A stretch of 62,262 nt of DNA, counting the filler, from Collodictyon triciliatum (lineage: Eukaryota): NCBI GenBank assembly GCA_043381765.1. It is 5 parts of 5 records of this genome, joined end to end, with 100 filler letters (N's around TTAATTAATTAA, not from the genome) between each part and the next. Parts side by side here need not be neighbours in the genome. Positions count along the whole stretch, not along the records: positions 44,019 to 60,898 come from JBHJMP010000661.1; 4 more parts are not named here. One strand, given 5' to 3'. Of this stretch, positions 44,342-56,230 are shown in pieces (positions within the stretch are counted from its first letter, which is position 1; the number at the start of each line of letters is the position of its first letter). Under the pieces are notes generated by a model. The model saw nothing but the letters and a program-made list of their open reading frames with translations, was not told where the DNA came from and ran no database searches. The position numbers and the translations under genes are program-made.

Positions 44342-47300
44342 GCCAATTTGCTTTTGTATATTGATTAATGGTCTGAATACAAAGTAGTTTCTTGGGTCGA
44401 GAGACGATTCATTGGGGTTGACTGAAAAGGGTCTGTCGTGTATCAGGTTACTATCTGTATGCACTTAACTCAATTCGTGAATAATTTCCAACCTGTGTGC
44501 GGAATATACCATCTTCTGTACCAACTTAGTTGGTTTATTGTGCTTTTCTACCCAAAACTTGTAGATTTTTGGGCGAGAATGACGAATCTTGAAAATAGAA
44601 CTTGATTTTTGATTTTTGTTTGGTTTTTTTTTTTAAAAAAAAAGTTCAATTATTAAGTATCGTCCTTTTGGACAATCATCTAATAATAAAGCGGCCCTAA
44701 AACAGAGCGAACCTGCCGAGACCCAACTGACACGAGGAAGTATCATAGTCTGAGGGGATGTGAAACGTGTGCAAAAATGCCAACACTCTTTCAATCTTTC
44801 GGTCAATTGAGCTAGCACGAGTTTTTATGAGTGTTAGTGTTAGAAATGTTTTGACTTCTGTAAATGAGTCTCAACATGCTGACCTCGTTATTTTTGATAT
44901 ATAGATCTGAGACCTGAGAAGCTCACTAAATCCAGATATACAATTCAAAAATCCGAGGATTCTTCTTAGCATCAACATAGACGATATGATGTTCAACGCG
45001 TTTGTTGGGTAAGAAATCCAATGACCTTTGACTAGCATCTAGAGTATGTTAATTATTGTTTTATGTCCACCGTGTTACAATATCAGTGTCATTTTCAAAT
45101 TTCTTGAAGACGGACAAACTTGAGGGAAAAAACCATAGATTGTCGAACCTCTCTCTTCGTTCTTGTCCTGAAATTCTGTATACATTTTCTTGTATGAATA
45201 CATCAACTGCGATTGTGTATTGCGCACAAATCAATCACATATGAATGACAATTCTCATCTCGATGGCCAAACAAACCTGTCAGACCCTCCAGAGCCTGTA
45301 GGAGCTCGTGCTCTCGGATTTTTATTTCGGGGTTATGCGCTATCGCCTCCATCAAGGAGGTAAGAACGAAAGTCGAAACAAAGGCGTTATTGTCAAAAAC
45401 CTAGACGAAATCAGAGTTTTAAAGTTGTGTGCAGTGGATTTGGCAGGGCAACGACGAGCAACATTCAGAATAACCTTGAAATATTTGCGAAGAAAAGTTC
45501 TAAAAATGCTCCCTTTCAGATTAATATGGATATATGACGGATATAGCCCGCTCCATTTTTCTAGCTTCAAAAGTCCATAATTTTGCTTGACTCTGGATTT
45601 CAAAAAATAATAAACAATAAAATCGCGTTAGTTCCTCCTTCTGAATAATCAAATGAGATCCACATCAACTATGCACTCGATATATGCATATAAATTAGGG
45701 TGACTCTTTTGTAAACATAGTGGCTTTCTGTGTTCTTTTGTGCACCCTGTACTGACCTTGTGAAAGAGTACTGAATATCCTTAAGGAGATGTGCGTTTAT
45801 GACATCTATTTCATCTTTATTTGTTCTGATGCTATCAAAGCACCTTGGACTCTGCTTCCCTTCACCAGTGGCTTCCCTGCACCAACTTACAAAGAACGCC
45901 CACAATGACCCCGCTGATATGAAGAAAACAACATATCCAAGCATTTCTGCTCCCTTTTTTTGTATGTATACGCGCGAGGCTTTTACTAATGCAAGTTACA
46001 CGTATGTGTCTTGTTTAGTATGTCTGGTACCACATCACATACGAATTACATCTCCATTGTAATTTCCATTATAATTTATATATTGATTTTGTTTTTTTAA
46101 ACTATCAAAGTCCCGGCGTGTGACACTTATATAGCGCGTATCAATACTCCTTTGGTAATCGGCATATCCGACTTTCAAATCTAAATAGATTATATACCCA
46201 AGGAAATGAAAGAGCGTATCCTTTTATTGAATTCTTGATATCCGCTCCATTTATATTATGTGGTACATCACCACCAATTAATTCCGAGAACCTCTTTCGT
46301 GGTGGTGATTCGTGGTATCAGTCATATCTTCAATTAACCCAAACGTAATTTGATATTCTGATTTATTTTCAGAGAAACGCCTTTTAAATAAAACCACTAG
46401 CCCATACCTGACCGAAGTAAATAGAGATAGATTCGAAACAGATTTGAGGATGCCCTTTGTTACAAACATAAACATGACCTCTAGCCTTCCAGAGGAGGCC
46501 AACGTGCTTGAAAGGGCGGTTTACTACGTGAATGGAATACGAATCTTCGAGGCCGTTTATCCTCCATACCATTTGATGTTTGATATGTGCGTTTTCGCAT
46601 TATTTGCCCACATTTACATTTTCTTGTACTTGGCAGAGAGCACAGAATTATTCTTGAAGATTGCGATGAATGCATTCCTGGTGGGAGTCGTATACAAAAG
46701 CGTATTCTTACATGTGAAGGCAAGGGTGTTTGGAATCATTTCGCGCAGTTTTATGCAAGATTCCCTTTTCTTTGTCATTCCTTGCTTTGTTGCTCTTACA
46801 AGTCTTCAAAACTGTGGCCATCTACTTGCGTTGGATATTGCAGGAACTGCGATGCCCTTGGTCCTTTCCTTCATGCGACTTGGATGCTTTTTCTCAGGTA
46901 TCCATGACAACATGACAACATCTTGTCTCGAAAAGAAGGGGAAGATATCAGTGTCTATCTAAAAGATATTTGCTTGCTATAAAGCATACAGAAGCATCAC
47001 TGGTAACATAACTACGCACACTACTATAAAAAGGTTGCTGTTATGGACGTCCATCATCCTATAGAGTTTGCTATCGAAAGCTGCTTTGTCGAAAGGAGCG
47101 GCCGTCTTGGGTGTTGCTGCTGATTGGGAATCCGTCTGGGATGCCAAATTACAACAGAGAAGCTGACCTGTGTCCCGATTATAGAGTGTTCCCTCTGCAG
47201 TTGGTGGAGTCTGCGTACAACCTCGTCGTTTATTTCGTGTTTATGATGTCAATCCCGAACAACTTCGATGGGTGAATATGAACATACTTATAATATCAAT

Positions 47301-49204
47301 AGTAGCTGTGTCCTTCATTCTTTTCAGCATTTTACAACGATACCTTTTTTTTCTGCCTATCATTTCCCATCTATCGGTTTGAATTGTAAAGAGTATATTG
47401 TAATGAACAAACGCTGTAGAATGTATTTTGTTCGCTTTCTATTGTTGTGCTCTGCCTTTCGCATCATCGGTGATTACTTCAAATCATACTCGAATCGGCC
47501 AAGATTGTATGGCTTATCGGAGGCCCAGCGACTTTCCTTGCTGCTTTTTCCTTGCTGCTTTGCTTTGGTTCACTTTTCTCCTGAAACCTAACTATGGAAA
47601 TAGCACGTTCGTTTGGTCTTTCAAGCCGCGTTACTGTTCCTGGTTTCATCTTTAAAAGCAACCAATTGTCGGATGAGACTATTAATCATACATTCTCTCC
47701 CTTTTTTTTTTACCAGAAAAAGAATGAGCGGGTAGATTCAAAATAAAAAAAAGTTATAATAACAGTAATTTAACTTTGCTTGAAGACCGAAAATCTTGGC
47801 TTTTTTCTTTTTAAAAATAATAACAATCCATTTTAATGTGAGTTTATTGTAGTGACCGAAAGCATGCGAGTTCACAAAGACCTTCATGTCGATTTTTCCA
47901 TCCCTAATCAACACGATTGATTATTATTATTATTTTAAAAAAGTAAGCAATTGAAACATATTCCGATTGCATCGTAGCGTAAATATAACCACATCATGTT
48001 ATATTCGTCAGCACAGCTTCAAGCATTGGATTCTACTTGAAGGCTAAGCATACAAGAAAGTGATGGTGTGGCGTTTCTTTTACACAACCTCAGAGTTCAT
48101 TTGGATTCATACCTGGTATTAAGTTTCTATCCATGATTTGAAGAATTGTGTGCGCTTGCACCAGAAGATGAAGTTGTGTTGATGCTCGAGCCTTTTCTGA
48201 AACTGAAGACATTCGTAATGCTCTCAAAGATAGATTTCTGAAGAAAACCCCACAGGTGAGTAGATTGGTCAAGCTTTATTTTGGATTTTACAGATTATAT
48301 TTATTGTATTAATTACCCTCCTTTGTACTCCGGTGTAAGGAATTTCTGCAGAAGCGGGTATTAGCAAATAATGAAAATTGTTTATAGGCTACTGCATCTT
48401 TGGAAACCTTATTCTATTTATGTGCACGAAAATAATACGAGTAAAATTACCGTCAAAGTCGTCTGCTCCCTCTGCTGGCAGACTAAGGGACACTCTCAAA
48501 TCACGATTCTAGAGTAATTAAAAAAGAAAAAAAAAAAAAAGGGGCTTATTCAGTCATGGAAACAGTATAGTTCACTAATATCAATTGAAGACGAANNNNN
48601 NNNNNNNNNNNNNNNNNNNNNNNNNNNNNNNNNNNNNNNNNNNNNNNNNNNNNNNNNNNNNNNNNNNNNNNNNNNNNNNNNNNNNNNNNNNNNNNAACAA
48701 CTATTGCAAATAAACCCCCCTCCCCCCCTTCCCAAAAAAAAAAAAGAAAAAGAAAAAGAAAAAATCAATTGATTCATAGTATATTCCCAATCATATCTTA
48801 GAATGGGGCCACGCTTAAAGACTTTACCAAAAAATCTGATGTGAAGTCCATCGAAATTGTTGAAAACAATGTCGTCGTTCTGGGCCGCAAAGTAAAAAAA
48901 AAAAACTTCAAAAAATGTCGAAATCACTATTAATCCGAATAATTCATATATATTTATATTTTTTTGAAATAATCACAAAGGAAGCAAAATGCCTTTCAAG
49001 ATTTTTGTAATTATTTGTGTTTTTTTTAAAAAAAAGAAAGTACGTAACCAATTGATCTGGGCATTAATATAATATACTTTCTAATTATCAACATGCGTTT
49101 CCTTTATTATTTCTCTCCGTATGTGCAACATAGAGAGGCTAAATATACCTGCCTTATTTTCTTTTTGAAATCCATTTGATTTTTCATTTATAAAACATGA
49201 TTAG

Positions 49205-51469
49205 GTGAGTGTTGATGCCGCATTGATTATGTTGAAAACTCATATTGAATATCACAACCAAATCGAAGAGGAGACCAAGAAACTTGAAGAATTGGCTGGG
49301 ACTAAATGTAATGATAATCATCTCCTGTTTCTAAATTTTTAGTGTCCTCTAAACACGTGCAAGAGCGTTGGGTCGTTATGTTTTTTTATTTTATTTCAGT
49401 ATTACAATTGATAAATTAACCCTTTAATGTGATACTTTAACATCAAAGTATCTGGCGAGCGCGCAGTTAAATTAAACACACACAAAGGATACTCCCAACC
49501 AAATGAAAGTCTCAGACACCAGTAATTCACTTTTTACTCTTTTATTAGTTATATAGATATATCTATTGGGTTGCATGATGCAAAGTTTGCCTTGTTTGGA
49601 ACTAATCTAATTATTTTATAAACAGGATTACAAAAGATGAGTACAGTAAGTTCAATTTTCTTTAAAAATATTCATTTTCGAGCTTAGTTGGTATTTTCAA
49701 CAAACGATACTAATTTTTATATGAATAAAAAAAAAATCACTTAAGATGGTCGTGCCAAATCTGATGTTAAACCAGTTACTACGCTACCCACGAAAGAACC
49801 AGAAAAACCACATCCAGGACCATCAAAAACTTCAGGGCAAATAACGCTGCATGTTACACTTTTAGATGGGCAGAGGTATGTGCAATCATCGCCCCTGAGC
49901 ACAGAAAGAACCTCGACGGTCAAAGTAGCGAAAGAGGAACTACATAAGAGCAAGTTTACCGAACATACCCATAAGAAACATGTCCCCGATCAAAAAGATG
50001 GTACATCAGATGGAACCACAAAGACGTTTATTCATGGCCCTGCCCCATCTGCGACTCATGCTGTGGCAGAAAAGAAAAGGCCAAGCCCGACGGGTGTCCA
50101 TCGAAAAACGGAGCGTGAACAAAAGGAGCTGAAGGCCGACGCAGCTACAACCATCATGATAGCAACTACTTCGAAGGAGGTTACTAAACCGAAGGGTGAG
50201 GAGAAGGCTTCTCTAGGAACTGCAGAATCCAGCACCACAAACCAAAGCAAACGTTATTCTAATCGCCACAGCAAGAAAGAGCTTCCATCATCAACGACGA
50301 CTGACGAATTTGCAAAATATGACCCGACGAAGGATGAGGAGGTTGTGTCCAGAGCAACATATAGTTCTGGTAGAAGAAGAGTGAGCGAGGATGAAAATGA
50401 TTGCAGTGAAAACAGCAACGATGCAGACAAGCCTCACACAAAGGAGACTCAACCGCCCAAAAGAGATAGCAGCCAAGGCAAACGACGCGCTGTCAAGCCT
50501 CAGAGAAAGGAAGAGGCTGGAACCAAATCCACTAACCTGTCCGTAACAACAGTAGCTACAGCTTCAACAGTATCCACATCCGAGGGCACACCAACCACAG
50601 CCAGCGAACCAGCAAGTGAAGAGGCCAACAAAAAAGCTGTGAAAGAACCACGCTTGTCAACCCCATCAAAGAAAAAGAAAGGCCTGACCACGAGTGAAGT
50701 AGTCCAAAAGAAAACGCAAATACAAACACAAACACAAGCACAAGCTGAACTAACATCACAAACACTCGAAGAGGCACCCGAATCAAAAGCTAAGCAAAAT
50801 CAGCAGCCAAAACTTGTATACCGAGTGAAACAGTCCCCGTCCACTGGGGACAAAGCCGCCCCATATGCAGCCCCTGATGCAGCACCCACAAATACCGTGG
50901 AAGTCATGCAAGTTCTTCCCCACACACCTGCAGACAACCAGACACAGGCCACCGAGGCACACTCGCCAGCAGGCACTGCGAATCACACAGCGAAGCACAC
51001 AAAACCAGAGGTACAAAGAAGAGCAGTGCCGACCGAGCAACAACGCCGCACAAAGCAGACTGACGTCCCCAAGATGATCTACATAAAGAAGGAAGTGCCA
51101 ACGATTGCACAACCCTTACTGGAAGCCGAGAACTACACACCAGCCCAAGAGGCAACCAAAGAGTCGCCCGATGAGAAGACAGCCCAGGGAACCGAGCAGT
51201 CAGAGCAAGCCGAGCAGACAGTTGAAGAGCACGACCAAGTTGTGAACCAGTCAGAACAACCAGATCAGCCTGAGCAACCAGAACAGTCCGAGCAACCAGA
51301 ACAGTCTGAGCAACTCGAGCAAGCCCAGCAGGTAGTTGAAGAGGCCAAGCAAAATGCGGAGCAGCCCGAGCAACCACCTGCAGAGGCGGAACAAATCGTG
51401 AGTCTGGGGGAGGAGGGTGGAAAGGCCGAGACAGGCAAAGAGCAGGCCTTTTCTGCTAACGAAAACTGA
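49205..51469 (+). CDS. Unknown, largely disordered K/E/T/Q-rich protein
   Basis: Stop-free frame from acceptor at about 49746 to TGA 51469 (about 570 codons) with EQP/EQS repeats; short upstream exons (VSVDAALIMLKTHIEYHNQIEEETKKLEE). 5' structure uncertain. Confidence 0.75.
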
Positions 51470-52127
51470 GGTCTTGTGTGGCGAAAGCAGCCCTCGTTAG
51501 TCTTTCCTCAACCTCATCTCGTTCCTTCCATCAAAAAGAAAACAAAACAAGAGAATGAACCCCCCCCCCCAAGGAAAAAAAACTCTTACTGAAAACAATG
51601 AAAAAGCAAAAACACAAATGAAAACACCCAAACCATTTTCCAGATTCATGCACACATATCCACGATTGCAGAAGGAAATAACGAATAAAGGGGTGTATGC
51701 GATTACTCTAGTCTTTTAAAAAATTGATGATAGTGGAATATGAAAAAGTATATATATAAATATAAAAGAATAGGAAACAGAAATTATCGGCGGTATTTGC
51801 TACAATATTGAAAGCTATCTATCTACCTATCAATCCACCAATCCACCAATCAACCCATTGGATTTATATGGCACATTCTTTAAATACTCCCACCGTAGCA
51901 TTCCTTTGGTTTGCAAGACAACCGCATACTGCAAATACCAAAACGAGCGTCTGCACAGCTCACGACTTAAAGGCGATGGTCATTGTCGGAGTAAAAAAAA
52001 AAAAAGTTGTTGCAGCGCAATTAGTGGCCCACCGCGTGGGGATTCTGCGCCACAGCATATACATATTCTGCAATATGTTCGTCATAAGACCATCTTCCAA
52101 GGCCAGCAACTTCTTTTCATCTTACAC

Positions 52128-55100
52128 TTACGGAGCCGCCAGCGTCGATTGCACTATGCGTTTAACAGCAGTGCGCGGCAAGCTACTCTCCTCATCTTTC
52201 AGGCCTTGCATTGCAGAAGTCCAAGATATAACACCTTACTTACAACTTCGTTGAAAATGACAGCGGTCTCCGTGTTGAGGGAATGCAAATCAATAGACAA
52301 TTANNNNNNNNNNNNNNNNNNNNNNNNNNNNNNNNNNNNNNNNNNNNNNNNNNNNNNNNNNNNNNNNNNNNNNNNNNNNNNNNNNNNNNNNNNNNNNNNN
52401 NNNNNNNNNNNNNNNNNNNNNNNNNNNNNNNNNNNNNNNNNNNNNNNNNNNNNNNNNNNNNNNNNNNNNNNNNNNNNNNNNNNNNNNNNNNNNNNNNNNN
52501 NNNNNNNNNNNNNNNNNNNNNNNNNNNNNNNNNNNNNNNNNNNNNNNNNNNNNNNNNNNNNNNNNNNNNNNNNNNNNNNNNNNNNNNNNNNNNNNNNNNN
52601 NNNNNNNNNNNNNNNNNNNNNNNNNNNNNNNNNNNNNNNNNNNNNNNNNNNNNNNNNNNNNNNNNNNNNNNNNNNNNNNNNNNNNNNNNNNNNNNNNNNN
52701 NNNNNNNNNNNNNNNNNNNNNNNNNNNNNNNNNNNNNNNNNNNNNNNNNNNNNNNNNNNNNNNNNNNNNNNNNNNNNNNNNNNNNNNNNNNNNNNNNNNN
52801 NNNNNNNNNNNNNNNNNNNNNNNNNNNNNNNNNNNNNNNNNNNNNNNNNNNNNNNNNNNNNNNNNNNNNNNNNNNNNNNNNNNNNNNNNNNNNNNNNACA
52901 ACCTGAGCCTTTAGCATACTTTTGATCTGGTCCATCTCTTCACTTGCTTTCTTCATTCGCTCCTCAGTCTGACCCATATTAGATTTGCATCAATGGAACG
53001 TGTTGGTATATATTCCAAAGTATAATTACCTCTTCTTTTTGACGAATTTCGTGCAGTATCTTCACTTCTATGCCCTTTCTTGAGTTCACTTCTATTTGTC
53101 CCTTCAGCTCCTCATGTTTCAACTTATCTTCTAAGACTCGATTCGCCTCCTCCAAACGCTGCTTCATTTCAGTCTCAGCTTCAAGCTTCTTATTCAACTT
53201 CTCCAGCTGAAAATTTATTACGATATTTCAAAGTGAAAAATAATAGGTGATGGTTTTTTTTTTCAAATAGACATACTAGAGTGGAATAGTTTTATATGTA
53301 TGATTTCTAAAATATGTTTTGGAAATGAAATAAAACCTGGGCTTTCATTTGACTCAACAATTCATCAGCATCGTGCAACACACCTACAAACCATTTTTTA
53401 AAACAACTTTTCTTTGAAAAGCATCACTGATGTCAGAAGAGGAGTCTAAATTACTTTATCTAGCTTTATTCAATAGCCAATTAAAATGTAAGCTTCAAAG
53501 TCACGCATGTAAACAAACCATCCGTTGGGCGATACTCTCTGGATGGCGATGACGGTTCGGAGATTTCTTCTTGCGATATATCAACCTAAAGCCAAACCAA
53601 ATGTATTAATTACATTAACACAGGTCATTCCATGAATCGAATAAAGGGAAAAAAAAACACAGGTCATTCCATAATAAAGTTATACACTGAAAATGCGATA
53701 TTATTATTATTTTGTTAAAATACACCACATTACTAACCGATTCTTCATCCTCGGGTTCTTCTTCATATTCAACTTCCTCAATAACTTCCTCTTCTAATTG
53801 CTCCTCAGGAAGAGGGACTTGCTCTGGGTGAATAGCCTTTTCAGTTTCTTGGGGCTGTGCTGGTTTTGGCTTTGCCACTGGTTTCTTTGGCTGAGTGGCG
53901 AGCTTTTGCCTCAACCTGGCCTTTTCTTCTTCAAGCTCTGCTTTCTAAAAAAAAATGTTCATAACCAATACTGATGTTTTTTTTTTTTTCCTTTATTCGA
54001 TTCAAAGATAACTAATACTGATGTTGATATTTGCTATTAGTTATATTTGATTGTTTTTAAATATAGTTATTTGTACGGCTCGAAGTTCTGCTTGAAGTCG
54101 CTGTTGCATCATGGCAAGCTGATTAACAATCTTTCGTGCTTCACGGGCCTTTTATTAACATTTTTTTTTGGTTTAAATGTGTTACTTGTTTAGTAAATGA
54201 TATTTTAAAAATAAAAAAAAAAACGGTAGACATCGTTGAATATTAACCTCCTATGTTATCATTACAAATATGGAATGCCTACCTCATGCACATCAGCAAG
54301 ATATTTTTGTCGACACTGTCTCATTCGTACCATGGATTGAATCTTGATGACAGACTTCCTCAGAGCGACATACTTACGCCTTTGAATAAATCGCCTGAAT
54401 ACTTTCTGTAGGTCATAGTTTGCAGTTAGATGCTTGGAGTATAGTATAAGAATCCAAATAGTTTTGTTCTTGGTTTTTTTTTTTAAAAAAAATAAAAAAA
54501 ATCATGGAGATAAATGGATTAGACTTGTATGCGAGTTGCTGATCGCTGTCGAAGTGTCTCCCTGGCCAATTTGATTGCGGCAATCATGCGAGTAAAAGTC
54601 TAATATATTCAAATATTTTGTATATTAAATTAAAATAAAATGATAAAGAAACGTCAATCGGAGAAAAAAAAAGCAATATGACAAGGTAGGGCGGGTGATA
54701 TGATATATATGTGCCTGCAGCTTGATGATGGAAGCCCGAATTTTTTTATATTGCTGTTTTTTCATACGCCCTCTCCATTGTGCCTGGAATGATAAATATC
54801 AGGAAGTCGTAAGCATATGACTCGAGATACACAATAGTTTTACAAGATCGAAATTTTAAATCGAATAAAGGAGGGGAAAATGCCTGGATTTTCACTGCGC
54901 AGTATCGCATCTTTGAGTACGTTTTTCTCTGTCATATGATATATTTATTAAAATGACAATAAGGAAGATATTTTTTCAAACAGTGAAATGATATAGATAA
55001 ATTATGCTATTAGGGTAATATATTGTTTCTTTCGTGTTGCCACAATCAAGACAGAGAGTAAAGAGGAGCTCACAGTAACCCATGCTCGAATGTGTTTTTG

Positions 55101-56138
55101 GAGGAAAATCACGACTTGGGTCACTTTTCCACTTCTCAACTGAGACGATATACGGCAAAATATATGAGCAATTTACAATTAAAGATAATGGCATTTGATT
55201 TTCTTTTTTTTTAAAAAAAAAAAAACTGAACGAATGTACATCAGTTGAAAAAGACACACGTGTTCCAATTCCTCGAGACAGCCATATCGGAAGTAAACAC
55301 GTGTAAGGCCGATTGTATATTTATCTCCTCCTGTAAACGCAACCTTCAATATATCCTCGATTGCACTATTTTACAGAATATTTTTATCTCAGTCAATTCA
55401 GTGCAATGCCAATAGAAGAAAGTCTAAATTATGATAACATGGCACAAATTAAAACTAAGAAAAAGATGCCCTCAAATAGGTCTGACCTTTTTGTATTGCT
55501 CTGAAATGATTTCCACTTGGACCGATGAACTAAAATTAAACTTGATTAATAATATATCGGCGATAGAAATGGCTAAATTTGAAGTAGAAAAGATGTTAGA
55601 AATGCAGAAGAAAATTGCATTACTCAAAATTTTAAATCTCTCCAAGAATTCCGTAAATGATAAGCGATTCGGATACGCAGAACGGCTTTTTTTTTTTATA
55701 ACGAGTACGGCGATTTTAGAAGGAGAACAAAGGGCTACTTGATGAATGAGTTTTGATTGGTGTGTCCAACCGAATGAAAAATAAATGGTAATGGATACAG
55801 CAAAAGAAAAATGAACGTTGCAAATTTGTTATCAACCTTATGCGAATGGCCTCTAGTACACCTGCATATCGAAGTTGATGGGCAGCATATATATTCTAAT
55901 GATAAATATTCTTAGAATGTGCTAAAAAAAAAAGTCTAGAGAAACATAAATTATAAATGAACATGCAACCTTTGCAAAATTCATACTTGAAAAATATTCG
56001 GTTTGTTCGCTGTGTTTGGCTTAATACATCTGACGTAATTGACCGTAGTCTTTCCAATCGTTTCCATCAAAGAGTTGAGTTGATGCTTGAATTGACTTGC
56101 TATGAAGTTGTCTCTTGATCCAACTTAACGTAAAAGGT

Positions 56139-56177
<39 letters not shown>

Positions 56178-56195
56178 CGGGCTAATTTGGATTTT

Positions 56196-56230
<35 letters not shown>

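Noticed and set aside
48110-48890. Small spliced gene on the minus strand
   Set aside because: Some AG/GT-bounded blocks exist, but an N gap interrupts them and no consistent frame or homology could be established.
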